Shown: positions 9,016 to 19,534, numbered from the stretch's first letter. The stretch is 46,994 nucleotides of DNA from Legionellaceae bacterium (GCA_965140885.1 CBCSKA010000003.1:1-46994); one strand, 5' to 3'. Made by a program: numbers and translations. Notes: generated by a model not told the origin, from the sequence alone.

Positions 9016-9279
9016 CGCTGTCGGCCAAGGAAGCGACGAAGGAGCGAGGCCGATAGTCCCTGGTAGACCGTAGTGCCGGATGTTTTGCCGAAGGCAAAAT
9101 ATAAGGCCCACAAAACGGTCGACAAGTCATTTGTGGAAGTGAAGTTATGACACCTAGTCGTGTCATAACGAGCGTACGCAGGACGGCCAGGGCTGCCGCA
9201 GGCATACTTGTCGACAATTTTTGTCCCTTTTGGGGACTTGGATGTCCCAAAAGGGGTCTCAAAAATGGCGACACTATCG
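9016..9279 (+). mobile_element. 264-bp structured non-autonomous element, copy A2
   Basis: GC-rich island in AT-rich intergenic DNA; 263/264 identical to the reverse complement of 4226-4489. Confidence 0.88.
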
Positions 9280-9359
9280 TTTTTATGAAAAGGAAAATTA
9301 TTAATAGCATAGGGGTGACTTAGCTATTTTTCCATTACCTATTATTTAATAGAATATCC

Positions 9360-9947
9360 TTAATTTAAGGTTGGAATTACACTTTCAATAAGATTATCAA
9401 TACACGGTAAAATATATCCTTGAAATTTAAATGTAGTGATTCCCCTTGCTTGACAAAAAGTATTATAAACACTGTTACTATTATAGCTTTCTTGTTGAGT
9501 TATACTTTGCCAATTAATGCCAAAGCGTGAATAATCTAAATCTTTAGTATTAATTGCTGGTAAAATAGATAAAGCTTTATGCCATTTTTCCAATACTCCT
9601 TTTCGATTTCCTTCTACCAGTGTTTGCCGTGAATTAGCCATTAATGTTTGTTTAGCACCAATTTGCTTAATACCTAAAATAGTAGCGCGTTTTTCATTTA
9701 ATATAATATGGTGCGCTCTAATACTATGTTCTTTTTTCTAACCAATGGGGACCATAATATTTGGAGAGGTACGTAGTGTTGCATAGCCATGAAGTTGAGC
9801 AATATCTATTTCTTGTTGATTTTTTCTTTCAACTAAAATAAGAAAACAATGTCCCAATAAAGGTGTTATTTTGGAAATAGTAATGGGAAAAAAAGGGGGA
9901 ATAGTAAAAACAGCAGCATCAATTTTATAGTTGTAAGTAGTTTCCAT
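9360..9947 (-). pseudogene. Hypothetical ~195-aa protein broken by one in-frame TAG
   Basis: ORFs 9738-9947 and 9360-9641 are in the same frame. The intervening sequence KKEHSIRAHHIILNEKRATILGIKQIGAKQTL is open after the TAG at 9738-9740. Confidence 0.75.
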
Positions 9948-10125
9948 AAAACGCTTTTTCCTATAATTCTATTCTGAATGAGGTTATGCGTTAATTTTTA
10001 TATCTAATTATTTATGGTTAATCACAAATTTTGTGAAAGTTAATTTGAAAAATTGCCATTTTACTTAAAATAGTGTGTTTGTTAGTTATTCTATACATAA
10101 AAAAATAAATTTTTAATTTATAAAA

Positions 10126-11622
10126 TTATTTCGTTTTTTTGCTAGGTTTAAAAACTAGCAGTAAAGGAAAAAGTATAAGATAAATGCCAATAGTGGCTGT
10201 ATAAGCATTAATAAAACCTAACATATAAGCTTGTTGTTGTAAAGTTTGCTTTAAATAGGCAATGCTTAAGGGATTATCGATAGTGAATTGATGCTGCGCT
10301 AACCATAAATGAAATTGTTGACGAAAAGGGTTGAGAAAACTCCCTAAATAATTCCAATTCATTTGTGTTTTTCGAGTGACAATGATACTCATAATGGATA
10401 TACCAATTGAACTTCCAATACTGCGAGAAAAACTAAATAAACCTGATGCTTCCGCGGTAGATTGTTTCGGTAAACTACTTAAGGCAATGATTGAAAGCGG
10501 AACGAAAAAGAATCCCATTCCAAATCCTTGAATAATCGCTGCAGTAGTAAACACTTGGGGATTCATTAAGGTATTAAATTGAGTCATAAGGTAAGTACCA
10601 AATGTACAAAAAAGTAAACCAATAAAAATAATTTTACGAGGTTCTATTTTATTAATTAATTTAGATACTAGTAACATCGCAAAAGCACTTGCAATGCCTC
10701 GTGGTGCCATTGCTAAACCAGAATCAAGCGTTGGATAATTTAACAGTTTTTCCAGCATCATAGGATTGAGAGAAATCGTACTAAAAACAGCAATCCCATA
10801 AAGTAATAACATAAGGCAAGCATTAGCAAAATTTCGATCTTTAAATAAGTGTAAATTAATAATGTGATTGGTTTTATTCCATCCTCTAATAATGAAATAA
10901 AATAGACTTATAACACTGGTAATAGCGAAGAGGGTAATTGTTGCTGATTCAAACCAATCTTCTGTATTCCCTCTATCTAAAAATAATTGAAAAGAACCTA
11001 TACCTAACCCTAATAGGAACATACCCAGCCAATCAATATAAAATTTTTCTGTTGGTGTTTCTTTAATTAATTTGAGAGTTAAGAACCAAGAAATAAGGCA
11101 AGCGGGGATATTAATGTAAAAAATCCAACGCCAATTTAACATTTCAGTAATGTATCCCCCTAGTGTTGGGCCTAGGATAGGACCTGCCATAATACCAATC
11201 CCCCAAATGGCCATAGCTTTACCTTGTTCTTCGTGTGGAAAAGTATCACGTAAAATAAATTGCGAAAGAGGGATAAGTGAGGCACCAAACATGCCTTGTA
11301 ACGTTCTGAATAAAACCATTTCAGCTAAATTAAGGCTAGCGCCACATAATAATGACGTAATTAAAAATCCTGTAATATTAATTAATAATAAGCGTTTTCT
11401 CCCAAAACGTTTTACTAAAAAGCCGGTTAAAGGCATAAAGATAGCTGCTGAAACTATATAAGAAGTTAATACCCAAGTAATACTATCATTATTTCCACCT
11501 AAACTACTCATCATATTAGGAAGTGAAACATTAACAATAGTCATGTCTAAAACTTCTAATACCGTGACTAACATAATAGTGATAGTAATTAACCATCGTT
11601 TCGAATAAGTTTCAGTATCCAC
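10126..11622 (-). CDS. emrB: DHA2-family MFS efflux permease EmrB
   Basis: Highly hydrophobic, LDMTIVNVSLP, WVLTSY, RFGRKR, GPILGPTLGG motifs. Confidence 0.9.
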   Translation of the reverse strand: MDTETYSKRWLITITIMLVTVLEVLDMTIVNVSLPNMMSSLGGNNDSITWVLTSYIVSAAIFMPLTGFLVKRFGRKRLLLINITGFLITSLLCGASLNLAEMVLFRTLQGMFGASLIPLSQFILRDTFPHEEQGKAMAIWGIGIMAGPILGPTLGGYITEMLNWRWIFYINIPACLISWFLTLKLIKETPTEKFYIDWLGMFLLGLGIGSFQLFLDRGNTEDWFESATITLFAITSVISLFYFIIRGWNKTNHIINLHLFKDRNFANACLMLLLYGIAVFSTISLNPMMLEKLLNYPTLDSGLAMAPRGIASAFAMLLVSKLINKIEPRKIIFIGLLFCTFGTYLMTQFNTLMNPQVFTTAAIIQGFGMGFFFVPLSIIALSSLPKQSTAEASGLFSFSRSIGSSIGISIMSIIVTRKTQMNWNYLGSFLNPFRQQFHLWLAQHQFTIDNPLSIAYLKQTLQQQAYMLGFINAYTATIGIYLILFPLLLVFKPSKKTK

Positions 11623-11641
11623 AAAAAGTTATCCTTTATTA

Positions 11642-12640
11642 TTACACTGATGTGGTATCTATAGTTACTTCACAACTCGCGCCGACACGAAGTGGATAAT
11701 GCGGATCAGGATTTGTAATAATAATTTTTACGGGAAAACGTTGCGTGATTTTTATCCAATTGCCGGTTGCATTTTCAGGTGGGAAAATAGAAAAGGCTGC
11801 CCCACTGCCTTGGCTTATAGCAATAACTCTGCCTTGAAATATTTTTTTAGGATAAATATCAATTTTAATTTTTGCTTTTTGTCCTTCTCGAATATTTTCA
11901 AGTTCGGTTTCTTTAAAATTAGCATCTATCCACCATCCTTTATTTTCAATAAGAGCAAATAAAGGTTGTTCTGAAGTAATCATAGAACCTGCACGTAAAT
12001 TAAAATTTATAATTAATCCATTCGCCGGCGCTTTAATTTGGGTATACGATAAATTTAATGCAGCTTCACGTAATGCGGCTTTAGCTGTTTGTAAATCCGC
12101 ATTATGTTCTCCCATATCGCCTAATTGGTTTTTGAATTGTTCATATTGATGTTGAGCGGCAACTAAAGACGCTTGAGCAACGGCTAATTTACTTTGCGCA
12201 TCATCACGGGTGGCAGGAGATAATTGGCCTTGTTTAACGAGAGTTATTATACGGTAAGCATTTTTTTTAGATAATGCTAATTCAGCTTGACGTTGCTTAA
12301 TAACAGCTTCTGATGTTTCGAGTGCTGCTTTATTGGCAGCAATACGTTGTTCTGTTAAATGTAAATTAGCATTTTCTTTATCAAAAGCAAGTTGATAAGG
12401 AATAGGGTCAATTTGAAATAATAATTGATCTTTTTTTACTTTTTCGTAATTAGCTATTTTTAAATTAAGAATAGGGCCAGGAACACGAGAAGCAATATAT
12501 ATAGTATTTGCTTGAACATAAGCATTATCAGTACTGGGATATTTTTTATTATAAAAGTAATAAATAGCTACAACTGAAAGTAATAGTAGGAAAAATATTA
12601 TGAAGCTGATTTGCTTAATTTTCTTGTTTATCACTAACAT
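11642..12640 (-). CDS. emrA: HlyD/EmrA-family membrane fusion protein
   Basis: STDNAYV, WIDANFKET, PPENATGNWIKITQRFPVKI. The start is probably the second Met (ORF extends to 12685). Confidence 0.88.
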   Translation of the reverse strand: MLVINKKIKQISFIIFFLLLLSVVAIYYFYNKKYPSTDNAYVQANTIYIASRVPGPILNLKIANYEKVKKDQLLFQIDPIPYQLAFDKENANLHLTEQRIAANKAALETSEAVIKQRQAELALSKKNAYRIITLVKQGQLSPATRDDAQSKLAVAQASLVAAQHQYEQFKNQLGDMGEHNADLQTAKAALREAALNLSYTQIKAPANGLIINFNLRAGSMITSEQPLFALIENKGWWIDANFKETELENIREGQKAKIKIDIYPKKIFQGRVIAISQGSGAAFSIFPPENATGNWIKITQRFPVKIIITNPDPHYPLRVGASCEVTIDTTSV

Positions 12641-13016
12641 TAAGTAAGATATCCTTAATAAATTGAGAATTAAGCAAGATAGCATAATTCTTTTTTGAAA
12701 AATAGAATTAACCTATTATTAAAACCATCTCCTCTAAAATAAATAGCTACCTAAATAAAAAAGTAACTATAAAGATAGGGATTGATAAAATTATACTTTG
12801 ATGATTATAAATATCGAATTTGTTTCTTAAAAAAGAAGAAAAGTTATTTCTGTATTATTTTCAACTAAAATGTAAAGCAGGTTATTTTGTTTTTGAAAAA
12901 GATTTGCTATGCTTAGTGGAATTGGTACTTGTGACCAAGAGCTTGCCTATCGCTGTATTGAACGTTGGGCATATCATTCAGATTATATCGAATTGTTTTT
13001 TTATAGGATACGAACT

Positions 13017-13328
13017 ATGCAGAAAAAATTATTTCTTTCAGCAATTTTGGCAGCTACTGTTGTTTTAGCTGGATGCCAAGGTAACAATCAACCAACTGAG
13101 CAAACTGAAGCTACACAGCCTGCAACACCAACAGATGAAAATGTTGCTCCTGCTGCAAGTCAAACTCCTGCTCCAGAAGCTATCGCTCCAGCTGCTGAAT
13201 CTACACCTGCTACTCCAGCTCCAGCTGAAGCTGCACCTGCAGCAGCTACAGATACAACAGCTGCTACAACTCCAGTTGCTGACGTTTCTGCTCCAGCTAC
13301 TACATCTGCTGAAACAACTGCTAAATAA
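13017..13328 (+). CDS. Ala/Pro/Thr-rich lipoprotein
   Basis: MQKKLFLSAILAATVVLAG|C lipobox, RBS agga, low-complexity mature region. Confidence 0.85.
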   Translation: MQKKLFLSAILAATVVLAGCQGNNQPTEQTEATQPATPTDENVAPAASQTPAPEAIAPAAESTPATPAPAEAAPAAATDTTAATTPVADVSAPATTSAETTAK

Positions 13329-13350
13329 TTGTATTTTTTTAGTGCAGATG

Positions 13351-13388
13351 AATGAGCCAAGGTTGATTTATCTTGGCTCATTTTTTTT
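13351..13388 (+). terminator. Intrinsic terminator
   Basis: aatgagccaag/cttggctcatt stem followed by a T-run. Confidence 0.8.
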
Positions 13389-13401
13389 GGGAAAATTTTC
13401 A

Positions 13402-13884
13402 TTAATCTCTAAAGTTAATAAATTGTAAGGGTAAACTTATCTTTTGTTCTTTAATTAATGCAATGGCATCTTGTAAATCATCACGTTTTTTGCCTGTGAC
13501 ACGAACTTGCTCGCCTTGAATAGCCGCTTGTATTTTTAATTTACCATTTTTAAGTGTTTTAACGAGTGTTTTTGCCAATTCACTATCAATACCTTCGAGC
13601 ACAGTAATAATTTGACGTGCTTGATGTAAGCTGTTTTCTGGTTCTTCAATTTTTAAACTACCAATACTAATATTACGTTTACTGAGTCGAATTACGAGAA
13701 TATCAATCATTTGCTTCAATTGAAATGTATCTTGTGCTGTAAGTGTTATGGTTTCTTTATTTAATTCAAATTTCGCTTGGCTACCTTTAAAATCGAATCG
13801 TGTATCAATTTCACGATTAGCTTGATCAACGGCATTACGTATTTCTTGTGAATTAATTTCAGAAACAATATCAAAAGAGGGCAT
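13402..13884 (-). CDS. yajQ: YajQ-family nucleotide/c-di-GMP-binding protein
   Basis: MPSFDIVSE...RFDFKGS...VRVTGKKRDDLQ...QFINFRD. Confidence 0.95.
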   Translation of the reverse strand: MPSFDIVSEINSQEIRNAVDQANREIDTRFDFKGSQAKFELNKETITLTAQDTFQLKQMIDILVIRLSKRNISIGSLKIEEPENSLHQARQIITVLEGIDSELAKTLVKTLKNGKLKIQAAIQGEQVRVTGKKRDDLQDAIALIKEQKISLPLQFINFRD

Positions 13885-14058
13885 ATCAAATCTCCTAAAT
13901 AAATACTTACTGGGTATCCTTTTCTAAAATAAAGTTATTTTCTATATCAATAATTAGTGTTGAAACTGTGTTATTGTTATTATACACATTATGAATTTAA
14001 ATTTTTTTTAAATAGCGTGATATAAAAGGTTTATATCATTACTAATAGAGGAAATAAA

Positions 14059-14712
14059 ATGACGAATCGAACAATTATTATGTCCGATGAAACATACCAT
14101 TATTATTTAAAAATGGGTATTCGTGAACCCGCTATTTTAATGGAATTACGTGAAAAAACATTAGAATTATCTTCCCATAATATGCAAATAGCTCCCGAGC
14201 AAGGCCAATTTATGGCAATGTTAGTGAAGTTATTATCTGCAAAAACCATCATTGAATTAGGAACTTATACAGGGTATAGCGCTTTAGCTATGGCATTAGC
14301 TTTACCAGAGAATGGAAAAATAATTACTTGTGATAGAGATGCTGTAGCAACAGAAATAGCAAAAACATATTGGAAAAAAGCGGGTGTTGCATATAAAATT
14401 GAATTTATGTATGGAGAAGCGTTAGCTAGTTTAGCTTCATTAAATAAAGAATTAATATTTGATATGGCTTTCATTGATGCAGATAAACGCAATTATTTAG
14501 CCTATTATGAATATTTACTTCCTCGCATGCGCCCAGGTGGAATTATTTTAATTGATAATGTGCTTTGGGGAGGTCGATTAGTCGATGAAAATGACCAAGC
14601 AAATGCATCCCGAGCTATACGTAATTTTAATGCGCAATTAGTGAATGATGTACGTATTGATTTATGCATGATTCCTATTGGTGATGGTTTAACATTAGCT
14701 AGGAAATTGTAA
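14059..14712 (+). CDS. Class I SAM-dependent O-methyltransferase (CCoAOMT/COMT-like)
   Basis: ELGTYTGYSAL, FIDADK, DNVLWGG, IGDGLTL. Confidence 0.9.
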   Translation: MTNRTIIMSDETYHYYLKMGIREPAILMELREKTLELSSHNMQIAPEQGQFMAMLVKLLSAKTIIELGTYTGYSALAMALALPENGKIITCDRDAVATEIAKTYWKKAGVAYKIEFMYGEALASLASLNKELIFDMAFIDADKRNYLAYYEYLLPRMRPGGIILIDNVLWGGRLVDENDQANASRAIRNFNAQLVNDVRIDLCMIPIGDGLTLARKL

Positions 14713-15458
14713 TGTATACATTATTTATTTCAGATTTACATTTAAATCCTTTTCAACCTGAAATTACTGAATTATTTTTACAATTTCTAAAAAATCAAGC
14801 GCTCGCTGCAGATGCACTCTATATTTTAGGAGATTTATTTGAAACATGGATAGGCGATGATGAAAATTCCCCTTTCAATCAAACTATTAAACAGGAATTA
14901 CGACAATTAAGTGCGACAGGAACTCACATATATATTTTACCGGGCAATCGTGATTTTTTATTAGGTAAACGTTTTATGGAAGAAACGGGATGTCACTATT
15001 TAAGTGATCCTTCTTTAATTAATCTTTATGGCGTATCAACGTTATTATTACATGGAGATTTACTTTGTACCGATGATATTCCTTATTTGAAATTTCGAAA
15101 GTGGGTACGTAAGCCTTGGATTCAAAGCCTTTTTTTAAAACTTCGACTTTCAATCCGCGAAAAATTAGCAAATAAAATAAGAAAAAAAAGCAAAAAATAT
15201 TTACACACGGTTACACCGTCCATTGTAGATGTAACTAAAGAAGGAATTATACATTACATAGAACAATATTCAGTTACACAATTAATACATGGGCATACCC
15301 ATAACCCGGGAGTTCATTTTTTTAAATATAAAAATGATTTAATTACTCGATATACATTAAGTGATTGGGATGAAAAAGGGAATGTATTAATTTGTTATTC
15401 CACCGGTGAGAAACAATTAGTGAATATAACACAAGCTTTAGCTCGCCCAATGTTATAA
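14712..15458 (+). CDS. lpxH: UDP-2,3-diacylglucosamine diphosphatase
   Basis: FISDLHL, GDLFE.WIGDD, GNRDFL, HGDLLCTDD, IHGHTH. Confidence 0.95.
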   Translation: MYTLFISDLHLNPFQPEITELFLQFLKNQALAADALYILGDLFETWIGDDENSPFNQTIKQELRQLSATGTHIYILPGNRDFLLGKRFMEETGCHYLSDPSLINLYGVSTLLLHGDLLCTDDIPYLKFRKWVRKPWIQSLFLKLRLSIREKLANKIRKKSKKYLHTVTPSIVDVTKEGIIHYIEQYSVTQLIHGHTHNPGVHFFKYKNDLITRYTLSDWDEKGNVLICYSTGEKQLVNITQALARPML

Positions 15459-15482
15459 GTTAATCGCAAATGAAATAAAAAA

Positions 15483-15515
15483 TTGCAGAGCTTATTTTAA
15501 AGATAAGCTCTGCAA
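15483..15515. terminator. Terminator hairpin between convergent lpxH and acnB
   Basis: Perfect stem ttgcagagcttat/ataagctctgcaa; T-run on the minus strand. Confidence 0.75.
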
Positions 15516-15542
15516 GTAAAGTTTATAAAATTAGCCTAATAT

Positions 15543-18077
15543 TTAACTCGCTTTTTGATAAGCTTCTAATTGATCAAAATTTAAATAACGGTATAAATCA
15601 TTGGCTACTGCATTAATTCCCTGCATTTTTTCTTCATATTCAGCAACTGTTGGCAATCTTCCCAGGATAGCGGCAACGGCTGAAAGTTCTGCAGAGCAAA
15701 GGTAGACATTGGCATCTTTACCCATTCTACCAGGGAAATTTCGGGTAGAAGTTGATACCACTGTAGACCCATCTTTAACTCTCGCTTGATTTCCCATACA
15801 CAAAGAACAACCTGGAATTTCAATACGTGCACCGGCTTGACCAAAAATAGAATAATAACCTTCTTCCGTTAATTGCTGTGCATCCATTTTTGTTGGTGGG
15901 GCAATCCATAAAGTAGTCGGTGTTTGGCCTTTGAAATCCTGTAATACTTTTCCTGCTGCGCGATAATGACCTATATTTGTCATGCAAGAACCAATAAAGA
16001 CTTCATGCACAATATCACCAGCGACTTCTGATAAAGGTTTAATATTATCCGGATCATTGGGGCATGCAAGTAAAGGTTCTTTAATTTCATTAAGATCAAT
16101 TTCAATCACTTCAGCATATTCTGCATTTTCATCCGGCTCGAGTAATTCTGGATTTGCTAACCAATTTTCCATGGCATCAATACGGCGTTGTATACTGCGA
16201 GGATCTTGATAACCATTGGCAATCATCCACTTTAATAAACTGACATTAGAACGTAAGTATTCAATAATAGGTTCTTTATTTAAGCGAACAGTACATCCAT
16301 TAGCTGAACGCTCAGCAGAAGCATCAGCAAATTCAAAAGCTTGCTCAACTTTTAAATCGGGTAAACCTTCAATTTCAAGTATGCGTCCTGAAAAAATATT
16401 TTTCTTACCTTGACTGGCTACCGTTAATAAACCTTTTTGTATAGCAACATAGGGGATAGCATTAACTAAATCTCTTAAGGTAATACCGGATTGAATTTCT
16501 CCTTTAAATCGGACTAGAACTGATTCAGGCATATCTAAGGGCATGACTCCTAAGGCAGCAGCAAAAGCAACTAAACCAGAACCACCAGGAAAACTAATGC
16601 CAATTGGGAAACGTGTGTGAGAATCGCCACCTGTTCCAACCGTATCAGGTAATAACATTCGATTTAACCAAGAATGAATAATGCCATCACCCGGACGCAA
16701 TACAACGCCACCACGTGAAGCAATAAAATCAGGTAATGAATGTTGTAATTCAATATCAACGGGTTTTGGATAAGCAGCGGTATGGCAAAAACTTTGCATG
16801 ACTAAATCGGCTGAAAAACCTAAACAAGCTAATTCTTTTAATTCATCACGGGTCATAGGACCGGTCGTATCTTGAGAACCTACTGTCGTCACTCGGGGTT
16901 CACAATAAGTGCCCGGTGGAATACCTTCAACACCACAAGCACGACCAACCATTTTCTGCGCTAATGTAAAACCTTTATTTTCATGGGTAGGAATAGTAGG
17001 CCGTATAAATACAGGCGAAGGAGTTAAACCTAATGCTTCACGTGTTTTATCCGTTAATGAGCGGCCAATAATTAAATTAATGCGTCCTCCTGCACGGTAT
17101 TCATCTAATAATGTTTCTGGTTTTAACTGAAATTCAGAAATTGTTTCACCTGCTTCATTAGTAATACGCCCTTCATAGGGGTAAAGATGAATAATATCAC
17201 CCGTATCCATGGAACTAACATCGGTTTCTATAGGTAATGCACCTGAATCTTCAGCTGTATTAAAGAATATAGGCGCAATTTTACCACCTAAAATAACGCC
17301 ACTTTGCCGTTTATTAGGTACATGAGGAATATCATTTCCAATATACCAAAGTAATGAATTAATCGCTGATTTACGTGAAGATCCTGTTCCCACTACATCG
17401 CCAACATAAGCTAGTGGGTACCCTTTCTTTTTGAGTTCTTCAATGGTTTTTAATCCTTCTGGCATACGGTTTTTCAACATAGCTAATGCATGTAATGGAA
17501 TATCAGGGCGACTCCAAGCATCAACAGCCGGTGATAAATCATCGGTATTTGTTTCTCCGGGTACTTTAAAAACAGTAAGTGTTATTTTTTCAGGTAAATT
17601 TTTCTTTTGTGTAAACCAATCTGCCGCTGCCCAAGCATCAATAACTTGTTGTGCGTAAGGATAGCGTTTCGCTTTTTCTGCAACATCATGATAAGCATCA
17701 AACATTAATAATGTACTCGAGAGTGCAGTTGCAGCAAGAGGTGCTAATTTTTCTGAAGTTAATAAATCAACTAAAGGTTGAATATTATATCCCCCTAACA
17801 TAGTCCCGAGTAATTTTATAGCATGAGCCGGATCAATAACCGGCGAATGAGTTTCACCTTTTGCGATAGCGGCTAAAAAGCTTGCTTTAACATAGGCGGC
17901 TTGATCAACTCCGGGTGGCACTCGATGGGTTAACAATTCTAATAAGCGAGAGGCATCTTCTTTCCCTGGATTTTTTAATAATTCAGTTAACTCTGCGGTT
18001 TGAGAAGCGTTTAAGGGTAGGGGAGGAATACCTAATGCAGTACGTTCCGAAACATGTTTATCATAAGCCTCAAGCAT
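15543..18077 (-). CDS. acnB: Aconitate hydratase B
   Basis: [40 protein letters not shown]. Confidence 0.97.
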   Translation of the reverse strand: MLEAYDKHVSERTALGIPPLPLNASQTAELTELLKNPGKEDASRLLELLTHRVPPGVDQAAYVKASFLAAIAKGETHSPVIDPAHAIKLLGTMLGGYNIQPLVDLLTSEKLAPLAATALSSTLLMFDAYHDVAEKAKRYPYAQQVIDAWAAADWFTQKKNLPEKITLTVFKVPGETNTDDLSPAVDAWSRPDIPLHALAMLKNRMPEGLKTIEELKKKGYPLAYVGDVVGTGSSRKSAINSLLWYIGNDIPHVPNKRQSGVILGGKIAPIFFNTAEDSGALPIETDVSSMDTGDIIHLYPYEGRITNEAGETISEFQLKPETLLDEYRAGGRINLIIGRSLTDKTREALGLTPSPVFIRPTIPTHENKGFTLAQKMVGRACGVEGIPPGTYCEPRVTTVGSQDTTGPMTRDELKELACLGFSADLVMQSFCHTAAYPKPVDIELQHSLPDFIASRGGVVLRPGDGIIHSWLNRMLLPDTVGTGGDSHTRFPIGISFPGGSGLVAFAAALGVMPLDMPESVLVRFKGEIQSGITLRDLVNAIPYVAIQKGLLTVASQGKKNIFSGRILEIEGLPDLKVEQAFEFADASAERSANGCTVRLNKEPIIEYLRSNVSLLKWMIANGYQDPRSIQRRIDAMENWLANPELLEPDENAEYAEVIEIDLNEIKEPLLACPNDPDNIKPLSEVAGDIVHEVFIGSCMTNIGHYRAAGKVLQDFKGQTPTTLWIAPPTKMDAQQLTEEGYYSIFGQAGARIEIPGCSLCMGNQARVKDGSTVVSTSTRNFPGRMGKDANVYLCSAELSAVAAILGRLPTVAEYEEKMQGINAVANDLYRYLNFDQLEAYQKAS

Positions 18078-18426
18078 AATACTCTCCTAAAATCAAATAG
18101 AATAAAAATACTCCTTTCATTATTCATTACAATGAAGGAGAAAGAATTAAATTGCATTAATTATAAGAGATAAACGTAATAAAAACTAATCTTGTGCAAT
18201 GAAATTAGTAAATTTTTTATTGCTTGATCCCATAATTACATTTTTAATGAGTTGCTTATTATGAATTGAATTGTAATAATTTCACGTTATCGATCAAATA
18301 CATAAAATTGAGAGATTTAAGCTAGTTACCTTTCATCAATAATGAATATTGAATCATACATGATTTTCGATTATATCTTTATAGGGATAAGGTAAATATT
18401 CTCAGTAAAAATAAAGGGGATGTTTT

Positions 18427-19534
18427 ATGTTAGAAATTAATGCATTAAGTAATCGTTTACAGGATTTAAGTAAACGTTGTCAGGATATGCGGAGGTATCT
18501 TTGACATTGATACAAAAAAAGAACGATTAGATGAAGTCAGTCAAGAATTAGCCGATCCGATTATTTGGACTAACCCAGAAAAAGCAAAAGCATTAGGTAA
18601 AGAAAAAGTACAATTAGAATCTATGGTCAATGTTATTCAAAATGTTGAAAATGAATTATCTGATATGAATGAATTATTTGAAATAGCAACAGATGAACAT
18701 GATGAATTAGCATTACTGGATTTAATAGTAGAAATTGAACACATTCAACAACACATTGAAAAATTAGAATTTAATCGAATGTTTTGTGGGGAAATGGATA
18801 TTAATTCTGCTTATTTAGATATCCAATCAGGTTCTGGTGGTACAGAAGCTCAAGATTGGGCAGAAATGTTATTACGAATGTATACCCGTTGGGGTGAAAA
18901 ACATGGATTTAAAACAGAAATTATCGAAATGAGTTATGGTGATGTGGCGGGTATAAAAGGGGCTACTCTCAAATTTGAAGGGGAATATGCTTTTGGTTGG
19001 TTACGTACTGAAACAGGGGTGCATCGTTTAGTAAGAAAATCACCGTTTGATTCAGGAAATCGTCGACATACCTCATTTGCTTCTATTTTTGTTTATCCTG
19101 AAGTTGATGAAGAATTTGAAATGGATATTAATCCAAGTGATTTGCGGGTTGAAACTTATCGTGCCAGTGGCGCGGGTGGGCAGCATGTGAATCGTACTGA
19201 TTCAGCCGTCCGATTAACTCATATTCCTACTGGGCTAGTTGTACAATGTCAAAATGATCGTTCACAGCATAAAAATCGTGCTCAAGCAATGAAACAATTA
19301 AAAGCTAAAGTGTATGAACTTGAATTACAAAAACGAAATGCTGAAAAGCAAGCGCTGGAAGATTCGAAAGCAGATATTGGATGGGGAAGTCAAATACGCT
19401 CTTACGTATTAGATGCCTCCCGTATTAAGGATTTACGAACGGGCATTGAGCGTGCGGATACAGATAAAGTGCTTGATGGAGATTTAGATGAATTTCTAGA
19501 AGCAAGTTTAAAAATGAGTAAGGGTGAAGAATGA
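18427..19534 (+). CDS. prfB: Peptide chain release factor 2 (programmed +1 frameshift)
   Basis: ATG 18427 [14 protein letters not shown]...; cggaggtat CTT TGA C at 18499-18505; the downstream frame has SPF and GGQ motifs. Confidence 0.96.
18490..18505 (+). promoter_or_regulatory. prfB frameshift site (internal SD plus CTT TGA C)
   Basis: cggaggtatctttgac. Confidence 0.93.

Noticed and set aside
9016-9279. Group I or group II intron identity for the element
   Set aside because: No GUGYG start or recognisable domain V, and no correctly ordered group I P7 elements found by eye. A model-based search is still warranted.
12947-12956. ctatcgctgt, resembling a fused 3'/5' junction of the element sharing a CG core
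   Set aside because: Only 10 nt and plausible by chance. A duplicated CG core would leave the IS630 empty site out of frame.
12820-13016. 82-aa ORF and upstream extension of the lipoprotein from 12909
   Set aside because: The RBS and signal peptide place the start at 13017; the upstream sequence is probably promoter or leader.
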